A stretch of DNA of 64,000 bases from Octopus sinensis (GCF_006345805.1 NC_043000.1:68944001-69008000); one strand, 5' to 3'; positions 37,971 to 51,478 are shown, numbered from the stretch's first letter. The notes: generated by a model from the sequence alone, not told the origin. Made by a program: numbers and translations.

Positions 37971-40635
37971 TCATCATCATCATCATCATCATCGTTCAAC
38001 GTCCGTTTTCCACGCTAGCACGGGTTGGACGGTTCGACCGGGGTCTGGGAAACCAGGGGCTGCACCAGGCACCAGTCTGATCTGGCAGAGTTTCTACAGC
38101 TGGATGCCCTTCCTAACGCCAACCACCCCACGAGTGTAGTGGGTGCTTTTTACGTGCCACCTGCACAGGTGCCAGGGGGGTCTGGCATCAGCCACAATCG
38201 GTTGGAGCTTTTAACGTGCCACCGGCACGGAAGCCAGCCAAGGCGGCGCTGGCAACAGCCACGTTCGGATGGTGCTTTATTATGTGCCACCGGCACTGGA
38301 GCCAGTCGAGGCAGCGCTGGCATCGGCCACGTTCAGACGGTGATTTTTATGTGCCACCGGCACAGAAGCCAGTCGGGGCGGAGCTGGCATCGGCCACGTT
38401 CGGATGGTGCTTTTTATGTGCTACCGGCACAGAAGCCAGTCGAGGCGGTGCTGGCAACGGCCACGTTCGGATGGTGCTTTTTATGTGCCACCGGCACAGG
38501 TATCACAACTACTATTTCCATTGATATTTATTTCGATGTTCATGTTCATGTACTTGACTCAACAGGTCTCTTCAAGCACAGCGGGACGTTCTGGAATCCA
38601 GGGTACTTTGAATGGGCAGGGGCTATGTGGAACTGGTGCAGGAAGCAGCCCGGGTCTTTGCAGTCACAGCATATCTCCAGAGATCTCGGTCCTTCGCCAT
38701 TGCCTCAGTGAGGCCCAACCCTCTGAGGTCATGCTTGACTACCTCATCCCATGTCTTCCTGGGTCTACCTCTCCCCCTGATACCTTCAACTGTTTGGGAG
38801 TGGCACTTCTTCACATATCTCTCCTCATCCATCCGCAGTACATGACCATACCATCGCAAGCGTCGCTCTTGCACACCACATCTGATGCTTCTTATGTCCA
38901 GCATTTCTCTCAGGGTACTTACACTCTGTCGTGCGTGCACACTGACATTACACATCCAGCGGATCATGCTAGCTTCATTTCTTTCAAGTCTACGCATGTC
39001 CTCTGCAGTCACAGCCCATGTTTCACTACCGTGAAGCATGGCAGGTCGCACACATGCATCATACAATCTACCTTTCACTCTGTGCGAGAGACCCTTTGTC
39101 GCCAGTAGGGGTAGGAGCTTTCTGAACTTTGCCCAGGCTATTCGTATTCTAGTGGTGATACTCTCTGAGCATCCACCTCCACTACTAACTTGGTCACCCA
39201 GGTAGCAGAAACTATCAACTACTTCTAGTTTCTCCCCCTGGAGTGTGATGGAATCTATTTTCTGAGTGTCTGTGGTGTCTGCCGCACATGAAAGCTATCT
39301 TATCAGTTAATTTCCTTTTGATGTTGCTGCACCTCTTATGCGTCCATAGCTTACATTGGGTGCATCTTATGGAGTTTCTACCTACACCTTTCCTACAGAT
39401 TGAGCAGGGCCACCTGCCCAAGGGTGTGTGTGCTGAGTTCGCCTTTCTGCTTACTATAACTTTGGTCCTTGCTACATTTACTCTAAGGCCCTTTGATTCT
39501 AACCCTTGCTTCCACACCCGAAATTTCTTTTCTAGTTCCGGTAGTGATTCTGCTATGAGAGCCAGGTCATCAGCATAGAGGAGCTCCCAGGGCATCCTGT
39601 TTTGAATTCCTCTGTTATTGCCTGGAGGACTATGATGAATAAAAGGGGACTGAGGGCTGAGCCTTGGTGTACACCTACTTCTACCCGGAATTCTTCACTA
39701 TATTCGTTGCCAATCCTAACCTTGCTGACAACCTCTCTGTATAGAGCCTGTACAGCCCTTATTAGCCATTCGTCAATCTCCAGTTTCCGCATCAACCACC
39801 AGATAAGGGATCAGGGAACCCTGTCAAAGGCTTTCTCCAAGTCCACAAAAGCTATGTAGAGGGGTTTATCTTTAGCTAGGTACTTCTCCTGCAGTTGTCG
39901 GACCAGGAATATAGCATCAGTGGTGCTTCTACCCGGCATAAAACCGAACTGCATCTCATCTAAGCAAATTCTCTCCCTAATGAGATGGGTTATGACCCTC
40001 TCTGTGACCTTCATCACCTGATCCAACAGTTTAATACCCCTGTAGTTATTTCTATCTAGAGCATCACCCTTACCCTTGTAGCAGTTGACTCCATTATGAA
40101 CTACCTGGTTTACAATGCGGGTGACTAGGCCATAGCCCACATAGCCAGCTGTTTTAAGCATCTCAGCAGTGATTCCTGATGAGCCAGGGGCTTTACATGG
40201 TTTCATATCCTTAATTGCCTTAACTACAAAGGAGCTGTCTATTCGGATAGCTGGTCCCTCTACTGGGTCAACATTTGGCAGGCTCTCCTCCTCCCATTCA
40301 TTCTCCTCATTCAGCAGTCTTTCATAATGGCTTCTCCAAGCCTCTTTCTTTTCACCAACATTAAAAGCAAGTGCCCCATCATCCATGTGGACACATTTCT
40401 CTCCTGTAACATCACTATTTTCTCTCACACACTGTCTGGCAATCCGAAATACCTCAGCTCTTTGGTCCTCATGTCGCTGGACATTGGCAAACTTCTTCTT
40501 TTCTGCTACATCTTTGGCTATGTATACCTGCCGCCCAGCCTCTCTTTTGGCTACCTGGTACAGTTCCCTGCTACCCCCATCCCTCCAGGCTTTCCAGGCC
40601 TGTCTCTTTGCACTAATGGCTTTGTCTACTCGAAG
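37971..40635 (-). mobile_element. RTE-clade LINE, 5' truncated, frameshifted RT, structured 3' UTR and (ATG)n tail
   Basis: NYRGIKLL, EMQFGFMPGRSTTDAIF, AFVDLEKAFDRVP, GVHQGSALSPLLF, LLYADDL, MLHGSETW, RLRWYGHVLRM, GRGRPRKTW; (CAT)n at 37971-37992. Confidence 0.95.
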
Positions 40636-40776
40636 AACAAATATATTTGGCAAAAAAAAAAATACCATCCCGAAATACAACAATATATATATATATATAT
40701 ATATATGTAGGTCCCGGTTGATCCGGGGTTAACCACAGTAAGTAAGGTACTCATATATAATAAATTCTTCTATATA

Positions 40777-40811
<35 letters not shown>

Positions 40812-41429
40812 GAGCGAAGGGTCTATGCATGCACTGCATGCCTTACTATTTTTCCACAATAAATAATTTTTGTGTAATATATAATTGATTGCTGATAATT
40901 TTCACTAGATTTTATTTCGCATTCCTTCATTTCTTAGTATAAAGTGGTCAAGAGAAAGAACGGCAAAGGAAAGCAAGTTTTTTACTGCTTGTTTTCAGTC
41001 ATAGGAAGAGCAGTGATGTTATTTTCTTTGTATTCTATTATTTTCGAGAAAGGAGCATAAGAAAGGACAAAACAAAAAATGAAAGGGTGACCAAGAAAGA
41101 CAGAGGAAGCAGATATTTTACTGTGTGCTTTCAGTCATAGTAAAAGCAGTGACCAAGAAAGAAAAAGCAGATATTTTTACTGCTTGCCTTTTGGCTGTGT
41201 TAAGCCAGCAGACATGTCAACTATTTTTCTCTCGAAGTGCTGATGTTTTTATTGTTCTGTGCAGCAGAGATCAAAAACTTGCCTATTCAGAGGACTTTCC
41301 TGAGGCTTTCTTCATAGTTGGAGAGATTTAGACAAGAAATGCATATTTAGTCAATTTACAAGTTTGCTTTATTGCTTTCTGACATATTTCATACAATTAT
41401 TCAGTACCAAAGAATATACATTTAGCTTT

Positions 41430-41795
41430 TATCATCTACTTGTTTCAATCAGTAAATTGTGGCCATGCTGGGGCACCACCTTAAATAATTTTTAGTGTAA
41501 TGAATCGACCCCAGTACTTTTTTTGAAGCCTGGTGCTTATTCTTTTAGTCTCTCATGCCAAATCACTAAGTCACAGGAACATAAACACACCAATGCCAGT
41601 TGTCAAGCATTGGTGAAGGACAAACATACACACACACATACACACATATACATACAATAGGATTTTTTCAGTTTTCTTCTATCAAGTCCACTTACAAGGT
41701 TTTAGTCAGCCCAAGGCTATAGGAGAAGGTACTAGTAGACTGGACCCGGAACCATGTGATTAGGGAACAAACTTTTTACCACACACCCATGCTTG
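41430..41795 (-). mobile_element. SINE (12100 family)
   Basis: ggccatgctggggcacc, gaccccagtac and ggaaccatgtg diagnostic segments. Confidence 0.75.
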
Positions 41796-43914
41796 CTTTC
41801 TACAAAGATTTAACCAATGGAGAAAGTATTTTTGGTACCTTTTTAATACATGAATTTAGTCATGTGACCCTAGAGTTTTCTTGACTTTTTTCACTCATAC
41901 AGCAAAAAGAATAAACTGGCAATTTGTTTGTGTGTGTGATTAAAAAGTAAAGTTTTCATCCATTTGTTCATGCAAATGCTTTAAAATTTAATTTTAAATA
42001 CTTAAAGATATTTAAGAAAGGTTACACCTTTTACTCACCAAAAATAACATTAAAAGTAAGAATACATGGCTTAGGCTATAAACCTTTGTCTGATCCACTT
42101 TAAGAAAAATGTATTAAGGTATTATTTTGTAAAATTATTATCTTTTTTCTTTCTACACTCCTCAAAACCCAAACCAGGGACCCACAACCAGAGTAGTCAC
42201 ACCTGGGTTAAATAGCATGTAACAACTCGACTCTAAGTACATTGAAATGTATCATGGTGGGTGTAAACTATTTCAGTAAATGAATCTTATTGAATTGATA
42301 GGGAATATCATTAGATGCTGAGCAATTGAACAGATAAACAGTCAATGGCCAGGATCAACCAGTTCAGTTAGCCAACTACTTGCTATCATCTGTAGCCATT
42401 TCAGCTAGAGAAAGACCAATGTGACTAACACCCCAGCCTGACATTCAAGCTGCATCACTCAGTCAGGACATTTGACATGACACATTGTCCTGGACAAGTC
42501 ACCCAACTGGATGATGACAAAAAAGATAATGATGATGACTTTTTTTTATTATTATATAAGCCCTGATTCAGATGCTGCTTTTGGTTTAGTACTATGCTAT
42601 CAACAGACAAATTTATAATGCTAGTGTCCTCACTTTCTGACATTCTATACGCTTCTTTTTTTTTCTTTTCTTCTTTCATTATATCCTCAATTATAGTTTT
42701 AGGAAATGTGTTGAGGTTGATAATACCATATCCAACTCCATGGCAGCACAAACACATCTTTTAATCAGGTGTCAATAGTGGTAAACTAACCGTTGCAAAA
42801 CACTTCTTCACAATGTTATAAAGCACCAGCATACAATGTATATATTAATATGCTAAGGCCAAATATATTATGCTGTCTTGTGGTTAACTGAGAAGAGAGG
42901 CGAAGAATGAGAGAAAATAGGGAGAGAAAAGTGTTAACAACGTGAGGTAAGGGGGAAATAATAGTTATTACGTTAAGACTGAATGTGTGATGCTGTTATG
43001 TGGTTAGTTCAAGAGAGAGGCAAAAAGTGAGAAAGAAAAGAGTGTTATCCCAGAGGCAAGAAAAAGTATTGCTGTTATGTTGTGTACTTAGTTGAAGAAA
43101 GAGATAGAAAGTAGAAAGAGAGATATAAACATGTTAGGTACAGGGGTATGTGATATAGTTAAAGTGAGAAACAAAGAGATAGTGAGTGAGTAAGTGTTTA
43201 CTGAAAGGAACATGGGGGTGGAAAGTAGTTACATGATTTTAAACATATAGAATACTGTGACAAGCAATAAAAATAAAAGTTTAGTTATTGTTACAGGTTT
43301 TAATGATCAATTATTTCTGTCAATGTATCTATGTGGATACATAGAAGATAATAACACAGTTAAATCAAAGCGGGATAACCTTAGTAAATAGCTGTGGGTG
43401 TTACTTTAATCTTTTTATGTATTACAGCCCAAAGGCTGAGGCCATGCTGGGGTACTGACTGTTTTTTTTTTACTGGCTTGGTTTAAAGTTTATCTGTACT
43501 GTTAGAGTAAACAGATACATACATTGAAAGAAATATAAGTAGAATATGATAGATTCATTGAATGATGGCCTCTTCAATACTGCCTTTCAGGACTTTTTTC
43601 TCAAGATTCAAATGTTTCAGAAAAATATAAATGTCATCATACAATTTTCAAAATACCTGTGGAATACTACTAGAACTAAAATATATTAAATAAATCCCAT
43701 TTTCAAGTAAAGTAAATTTCTAAATAATAATGAAATGTAAATCACAAGACCATATAACAACTTAAGTAGCCAAAAAGGCAAATACTGAAATGGCATGTTA
43801 GATTATTTCCAGCAATAATTTGTAACATTTTTCAACTGATACACTAAACTTCAGCTTAAGAACATCTGGATAAAAGTCAATCTCAATAAATTTCATAGGA
43901 CTCAAGCAAGTATA

Positions 43915-44245
43915 AAAAGTGGTAAGAAGCTTGCTTCCCAACCACATGGTTCCAGGTTCAGTCCCATTGTGTGGCACCTTGGGCAAGCGTCTTCTACTAT
44001 AGCTTCAGGCCATCATATATATATGTGAGAAGCTCATTGGATATATATATATATATATGTATGTATTTGTGTATCTGTGTTTGTCCCCCACCATTGCTTG
44101 ACAACCAATGATGGTGTGTTTACGTCCTTGTAACTTAGTGGTTCAGCAACAGAGAATAAGTCCTGGGGTCGATTTGTTCGACTAAAGGCAGTGCTCCAGG
44201 ATGGTCACAGTCAAATGACTGAAACAAGTAAAAGAATAAAAGAAT
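43915..44245 (+). mobile_element. SINE (12100 family)
   Basis: gtggtaagaagcttgcttcccaaccacatggttccaggttcagtccc head; gactgaaacaagtaaaagaataaaagaat tail. Confidence 0.8.
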
Positions 44246-44584
44246 AATGTTGATAACAATTGTGTGTGTGTGTATTTACATCACATCACATATAATATAT
44301 GGTTTGCTAGGCCAGCAAGCTATTTTAAAATACAAAATATGTTAGTTTACTCAGATTAGAAATTTAAAATTTCAAGCAAAGTTCTTCAGTTCTTCAATGG
44401 GAAACTGTGATTGTAAACTAACACAGTAAATGTTTTGTTTTTACAGTATTGTGATATGTGGTAATTAATCGAGATGAACCGAGTTTATATCTACTCCATA
44501 AAAACAATTGAAACCTCCCTAGCTTTATGTCATTTTTTTTTATTTTCATGTTTCTGAAATTCCTTTTATCTATTTTATTATTCT

Positions 44585-44787
44585 TTCCTTTTATTCTTTT
44601 ATTTGTTTCAGTTATTTGACTGCGGCCATGCTAAAGTACCGCCTTTAGTCAAACAAATCAACCCCAGAACTTATTTTTTGTAAGCCTAGTACTTATTCTA
44701 TCGGTCTCTTTGCCGAACTGCTGACTTAAACACACCAGCATCGGTTGTCAATTGATGGTGGGGGGACAAACACAGACACACAAACAT

Positions 44788-44831
<44 letters not shown>

Positions 44832-44912
44832 GATGGGCTTCTTTCAGTTTCCATCAACCAAATCTACTATCAAGTAAGCAAGCTACTTACCACACAGCCA
44901 CGCCTGCGCCTA
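44585..44912 (-). mobile_element. SINE (12100 family), tail-to-tail with 43915-44245
   Basis: Reverse-complement similarity to 44070-44245; internal deletion. Confidence 0.8.
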
Positions 44913-44935
44913 TAATCAATATTCTCCTGTGTGAA

Positions 44936-45260
44936 GATGCATGACTCAGTTGTTAGAGCATCGGGCTCACAATCATGAGGTAGTGAGTTTGATTCTTGGA
45001 CCAGGTTGTGTGTTGTGTTCTTGGGCAAAGCACTTTATTTCATGTTGCTCCAGTTCACTCAGCTGTAGAAATGAGTCGCAATATCACTGGTGCCAAGCTG
45101 TATCGACTTTTGCCTTTCTCCTGAATAACAGTGGTGGCATGAAGAGGGGAGGCTGGCATGGATGGGTGACTGCTGGTCTTCTATAAACAACTTTGTCCGG
45201 ACTTGTGCCACAGAGGTTGACTTTTTAGGTACAATCCTAAGGTCATTCATGCGGTCCTGT
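44936..45260 (+). mobile_element. tRNA-headed SINE, different family
   Basis: tgactcagttgttagagca (A-box-like), gagtttgattc (B-box-like), followed by ttgggcaaagcacttt non-tRNA body. Confidence 0.6.
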
Positions 45261-46616
45261 ATTTTTGCCATTTCTTTCATCTTTTAGCCTTCATTTTAAT
45301 ATAATTGTATCCAGCTCTCTCTCTCTCTCTCTCTAATCAATTCTAGACTGCATTCAAAATAAATTCTTCATCATATGACATTTCCCAAAACATCCATCAG
45401 GGGCTCTATTCCATTTATTCTCTCTGATTCATTGCTTGTCTTCTTTACTCACTAATCTTCTGTTGATTCACCAAACCATTCTCATTTCTATTCTTTCCAG
45501 CTTTCTCTGATATTTCATGTTTGTTTCCCATGACTCATACCTATGAATCATAGCACTTCTCACACATGTAGCATACACCATTTCCATAAGATTCACTAAT
45601 ACTCCCCTCGAAATTAGGCACATCACACACAGTTCCAAGAATTTCTTCTACAACCATCTTTCTCTACCTACCAACCAATTGTAGATACTCTTTTACAGTC
45701 CAAGAGACTGAAATATTGTAGATAATCCACACCTGCAGTAGTTGCAGAACACTATGTTATACACAATGGTTCTGCAGATTATCTGTTACTCTATAAATTT
45801 AAGCAGTTATACTCTTAATATAAAAAAAGGAATAGTAATAGAAGCAATGAAAAAAATCACAAACTATAGTTTATCATGAGTAGAAAAAGTGAAGAAATTT
45901 GGAAAGTTTTGGAAAGTTGTACAACTCAAATGAAAATGGAATATCAAGAACATTATTAATTTTGTTGATAATTGTGTATCAGAAATTCTGAAATCCAAAA
46001 ACTTTCAAAACCTAAACATTTTCAAGTGAGGGAATCAAGAGGAATGAAAAATTTCCTAAAGCACTCAGAAAAGTTTCCAAAACGTTGTGGATATTATGTG
46101 AATATAAAATGGGAAAGGAAAAGTGATATACAGCTGCTTTATGTGGTTAACAAGCTGAAATGAAAGAGTAAAAGTAGATTTGCATTGGTGAAAAGTGAAA
46201 CAGTCCCAAAATAAAGCCACTATATGTCATGTGAAACTAAATAGTGCCAGATTAATATAATTCTATTTTCATAACATACCATATTTTAATGTGTATGAAA
46301 AAAAAACACTAATTTGGGGGGCTTAAATTTGGAAAAAAAATGTTTTGTAATGGATTATATCCATGTATAAGAAACTCCCATATTTTTTAACCTAATTTTT
46401 GACAAAAAAGGGTTCCTTATACATGTTGAAATATGGTATGTATGAGCTGTAGTAAGAAATGTCAATAGGGAACATGCTTAAAATTGGGTGGTTCCCATCT
46501 CTTAAGCTGTCAAATCTTATTGAAAAAAATAAACAATTATTCTGAAATTTGAAATACTTCTAGTTCCAAGAATTTCAGATCACAGATTAACTGTATGCTT
46601 ATTATCATATTTACAG

Positions 46617-46879
46617 ATCATCATCATCATCACCATCTTTTTTAAACAGATCTTTATCTGAAGTATTTCTAACATTTTAAAGGTGAAAATAATGGTTTAT
46701 TTCTTGCTAAAACTATGGTGTGTAAGAAACTGTCACAGGGTAAAAAAAAATTTAAATATCAGAAAATTTCTTACACACCATAGTTTTAGCAAGAAATAAA
46801 CCATTATTTTCACCTTTAAAATGTTAGAAATACTTCAGATAAAGATCTGTTTAAAAAAGATGGTGATGATGATGATGAT
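46617..46879. repeat. Perfect inverted repeat: 113-bp arms, 37-nt spacer
   Basis: 46617-46729 is the exact reverse complement of 46767-46879 on base-by-base reading. Confidence 0.95.
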
Positions 46880-47584
46880 GACAATGACGACGACAATGAT
46901 GATAATGTTGGTAAGTGTTACTTGTAAAAAAGAAAGTAATTAAAAAAACAAGTGTCACATTCATAAAATTATGACAATGAGTACTGAATCTGATATGAGA
47001 TAATATTGAAATGAAATAGACTCATGCTTCAAAGTACTACTAATAGAGCAAGAATTCAGTAAGATTACTCATAATAAAATTAATAATAGATCTTCAGCTT
47101 TATTTTCTACAAAATCTGCGAAGAACTGTCAACCTTCATGATATAATGATAGAAACAAATTAGATTCTGGAAATTTGAGAGGGCAAAGAGCAGAAAATGT
47201 ATTGTTATTTAAAACTGAAATTAAAAAAGGTTTCACTTTCCTAGAACCAGTAGATTAAAACAAGTCTTATATTTAGTTGACAATACCATATCCAACCCCA
47301 TTGTAACACAAATGTATATTTTAATTAGGTGGCAATAATGGTAACCTGATTCGCAATGTTATAAAGCACTAGCATACAATACTAAAATAAATTTTCAAGA
47401 AAAGTAAATTCCTAAATAATATAGAAATGCAAATCACAAGACTGTTATGACAATTTAAGTAGCTAAATAGGTAAATACTGCAATAGCATGTTAGACAATT
47501 CCCAGCAATAATTTGCAAAACTGATACACTGAACATAAGTAAAGAAACGAAGTAAAAAAAGTTATTAGCAAAGTATGTACAACC

Positions 47585-47955
47585 CGTGGTAAGTAGCTTG
47601 CTTATCAACCACATGGTCTGGGTTCAGTCCCACTGCAGGGCACCATGAGCAAGTGTCTTCTACTCTAGCCTCGGGCCAACCAAAGCCTTGTGAGTGGATT
47701 TGGTAGACAGAAACTGAAAGAATCCTTTCATGTGTGTGTGTGTGTATCTGTGTTTGTACTCCAAACATCGCTTGACAACCAATGCTGGTGTGTTTATGTC
47801 CCTCTAACTTAGCAGTTCAGCAAAAGAGACTGAAGAATAAGTACTAGGCTTACAAAGAATAAGTCCTGGGGTCAATTTGTTTGACTAAAGGCAGTGCTCC
47901 AGCATGGCCTCAGTCAAATGACTGAAAAGAACAAAAGAAAAATAAAAGAAAAAGA
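47585..47955 (+). mobile_element. SINE (12100 family)
   Basis: Head-to-tail similarity to the reverse complement of 12100-12511. Confidence 0.8.
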
Positions 47956-48748
47956 AACACACATACTATAATGCCTCAAAATTGTTAATACCTTAGTAGT
48001 CTATCTATTTCTATTCCATATAATTGTTCAGCAAAATAATGTAAGTAGCAGTCTACCAAGTAGCAAGTATCTTGCATTGAAACCCAAAAATCCAATACCA
48101 GATTACAAAACCATTGATACTTTTGAACATCAAGTATGGACATTAAGCTTCAACACATTTCAAACATTAAGAATGCCACTACAATTTCATCTGTACTCAT
48201 ATATATGAAGTCAGCCTTTATGTTATTCAACAAATAAAGTGTAAAGAAAAGTTAAGAAAACATGAATAGAAAAACAATAACAAAATTGAGAGGATTTCAA
48301 CTGGATATATAAACCAGCTATTGTTTATACTATTAAACATTTTACAATCCATTTTGTGAACACAGAATTGTTTCAAAATATCTTCCATTCACTTCATTCT
48401 TGAAGCTTATTGATGTTCACTTGCAGTAACATTAGTGTTAGAAATAATTGATATATTGCCAATAATAAACCAAATACCTGTCTTGCTTTAGCTTCTACCT
48501 ATTAAAGATAATAATAGAATAACTGTTTCTTACATTTTAGAGTTTTAACTTAGAACTATAAGGTACCAGATATGCGTGACTGTTTGAGATAAGTGCAGGT
48601 AAAGCTGTGTGATAAGAAGTTTGCTTCCCAACCACATGGTTCCAGATTCAGTCCCACTGCATCAGTCCTTCAGCAAGTATCTTGTACTATAGCCCCGGGG
48701 CCAACCAAAACTGTGAGTGAATTTGGTATACAGAAACTGAAAGAAGCC

Positions 48749-48792
<44 letters not shown>

Positions 48793-49809
48793 CATATATA
48801 TGTATGTGTAAGTGTGTGTTTGTCTTGATATCAGCTGATAACTAAAATGATTATTACTGCTATGTAAGTAATGTCATTCACTTCCAATATTCTGCAAGAA
48901 CATATCTGGCCATGGAGAAATATTAAATTACTTGGAAACAGGTGATGGTCGGTGACAGGATGGGCATCCAGCTGTAGAAAATTTGCCTCGAATAAATTTT
49001 GTCTGACCCATGCAAGCATGAAAAAGTGTACATTAAAGGATGATATTTTATATATATATAAAATTAGATTAACATACTGCCTACAGTACTACAGTAGCAG
49101 TTATGCACTTGCATGCCACCGTGAGCAAGTGTATAGATATAAGCAAGGCTGTGGTTAAGAAGTTCTCTCACAAAGACATAGTTTCAGGTTCAGTCCCATT
49201 TCATGGCACCCTGAGTAAGTGCTTTTTACTACAGTCTCAGGCTAAACTAAGCTTTATGAATGGATTAGGTTGATGGAAACTGAAAGAATGGAAAATATGA
49301 GGGTGTGTCTACTAGTCCCCCTTCATTTTCACATTGCATAATGTCAAGACAAGGTAGTTTTGAACATCATACAAGCATTGTTTTTCATTTGCAATCACTT
49401 GTGAAAACATATCTGGCCACTAAACTGCTTGTGTCCAAAGGACTAAGGAAAATATTACCTTGTTTGGAAATAGGTGAGGGTTGGTAACAGAAAGAAATCT
49501 GAAAAATATACCTTCCTCGACCAATTTCTTTTGACCCATGTAAGCATAGAAAAGTGGCTATAATGATACCATGTGTGAGTAACAATGAAAAGGAGGAAGA
49601 GAAAAAACAACTATCTGCCCCCACTGAAAAAAAAAAGAAAAAATGTAATGGATGTATTCAACAAAGGAATACCTTTGTTAGGTTCACCAGAGCTCAGTTC
49701 TTAGTCCACTCTTATTCCAAATGTATGAACTTTAACCAGTAAAGAAAGTTTTAATTTGTTAGTTTATTTTAAATTTTAACTACATTTATATAATCTTTAA
49801 CATACATAG

Positions 49810-49857
<48 letters not shown>

Positions 49858-49860
<3 letters not shown>

Positions 49861-51478
49861 TTTCAGAAAGCATTATAGCTCAATTAATTAAGAATAGAAT
49901 TAAACTAGACGAAATGCAGTTTGGTTTTGTACCTGGGAAGTGTACCACAGATGCCATCTTCCTAATGAGACAGCTGCAGGAAAAGTTTTTGGCCAAAAGT
50001 AAACAATTGTACTTGGCTTTTGTCGACCTGGAGAAAGTCCCTCGCTCTGTTATCTGGTGGTCTCTAAGGAAGTTAGGAGTAGAGAAGTAGCTTGTTAGAG
50101 CTGTACAAGCAATGGTAGAGGATGTTCTGAAAGTATTGTTTCTAGAATAAGAATAGGATGGAGGAAGTTGAGAGCTATTACCTCTGGTGGCAATGAAAAG
50201 ACTCTCTCCCAGAGTGAAAGGTAGACTATATGATTCTTGTGTATGAATGGCTATACTCTATGGTAGTGAGACATAGGCTCTGAATGCAGAAGATATGCAT
50301 AGACTAGAGAGGAATGAAAGTAGTATGCTCCACTGGATGTGCAACATCAGTGTGCATTTATGACAAAGTGTCGAGAGAAAAGTTGGGTATAAGAGGGATT
50401 AAATGAAGCATGCAAGAGAGAAGACTACATTGGCTTGGCCATGTGATGTGCCTGAATGAAGATAGCTGCATAAAGAAGTACCACTCACTGAAAGTGGATG
50501 ACACTTATGGAAGAGGAAGATCCAGGAAGACATGGGAAGAAATAGTGAGGACTGATCTCAGATTGTCGGGCCTCACAAAGAACTGAGATGCCTGGTGATA
50601 TGAGATTCTTGAGAAGACCAGCTCACTTCAATGAAACTGAGTTCTAGAAGCACTGTGTCTTCCACCCACATGTAACAATAAAACTTTTTACATGCCCTAC
50701 CCCAACAAGCCAAACTATATCTCTCCTCTTCCTCACATTTCCTTTTTTTCATGCACTATGTTTCTGCTAATCTCTCTTGCTCCCCGATTCTATCCTCAAT
50801 ACCCTGCTCACTATATCATTGCTATCCTGTTGTCTTCCACCACATTTATATACCAAGGTTTCACTAGTCACTGTATTCATCATCCCCACACTCTTTGCAT
50901 TCATGTGAAGTCTCTATGCCCTACTCATGCACTTTTGACAATACCCTACCATTTATATTCTGAACCCCATACCTTGAGGGTATGTATGCCCTGGCACTTT
51001 GCCACTATCTCTCTCCTGCTCTCTTGCACTCTCTCTCTCTCTCCCTCTCACTGACTGGGTAACTATGTATATCCTCTACAGCAACACACTTGTTTCTGTC
51101 TTTCTGGCACACTATCCTTTCATCACCTGGCACAAGTCACCTCCTCCAATGCCTCTTACTCTCTCAAGAGATCTTTGTTTTGCAAGTTACTTGGTAACCC
51201 TGCCAGTGCAAGTGTCATGTAAAAAGCATCCAAATTACACTGTAAAGTAGTTGGTGTTTAGAAGAGCATTCAACTGTAAAAACTATGCCAAAACTGACCT
51301 TGCCTGTGCTAGTGCCACAGAAAAAAACTCTCAGTCCACTTTGCAGGGCAGTTGATGTTAGGAAGGGCATCCAGCCATAAAAACCATGCCAAAACAGACT
51401 TCTGCCTTGCCAACTCTTGTCAAACCATCCAACCCATGCCAACATGGAAAGCAGACGTTAAATGATGATGATGATGAT
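49858..51478 (+). mobile_element. Internally deleted older RTE LINE with 3' UTR and (ATG)n tail
   Basis: LDEMQFGFVPGKCTTDAIFLMRQLQEKFLAK..LYLAFVDLEK; later LYGSET, RRLHWLGHV and GRGRSRKTW remnants; ends gacgttaaatgatgatgatg. Confidence 0.85.

Noticed and set aside
42455-42757. 100-aa minus-strand ORF in the first intron
   Set aside because: Low-complexity, no recognisable domain and no convincing splice context.
44936-45005. tRNA gene
   Set aside because: Acceptor and T stems do not pair cleanly and the sequence runs into a SINE body; it is a SINE head.
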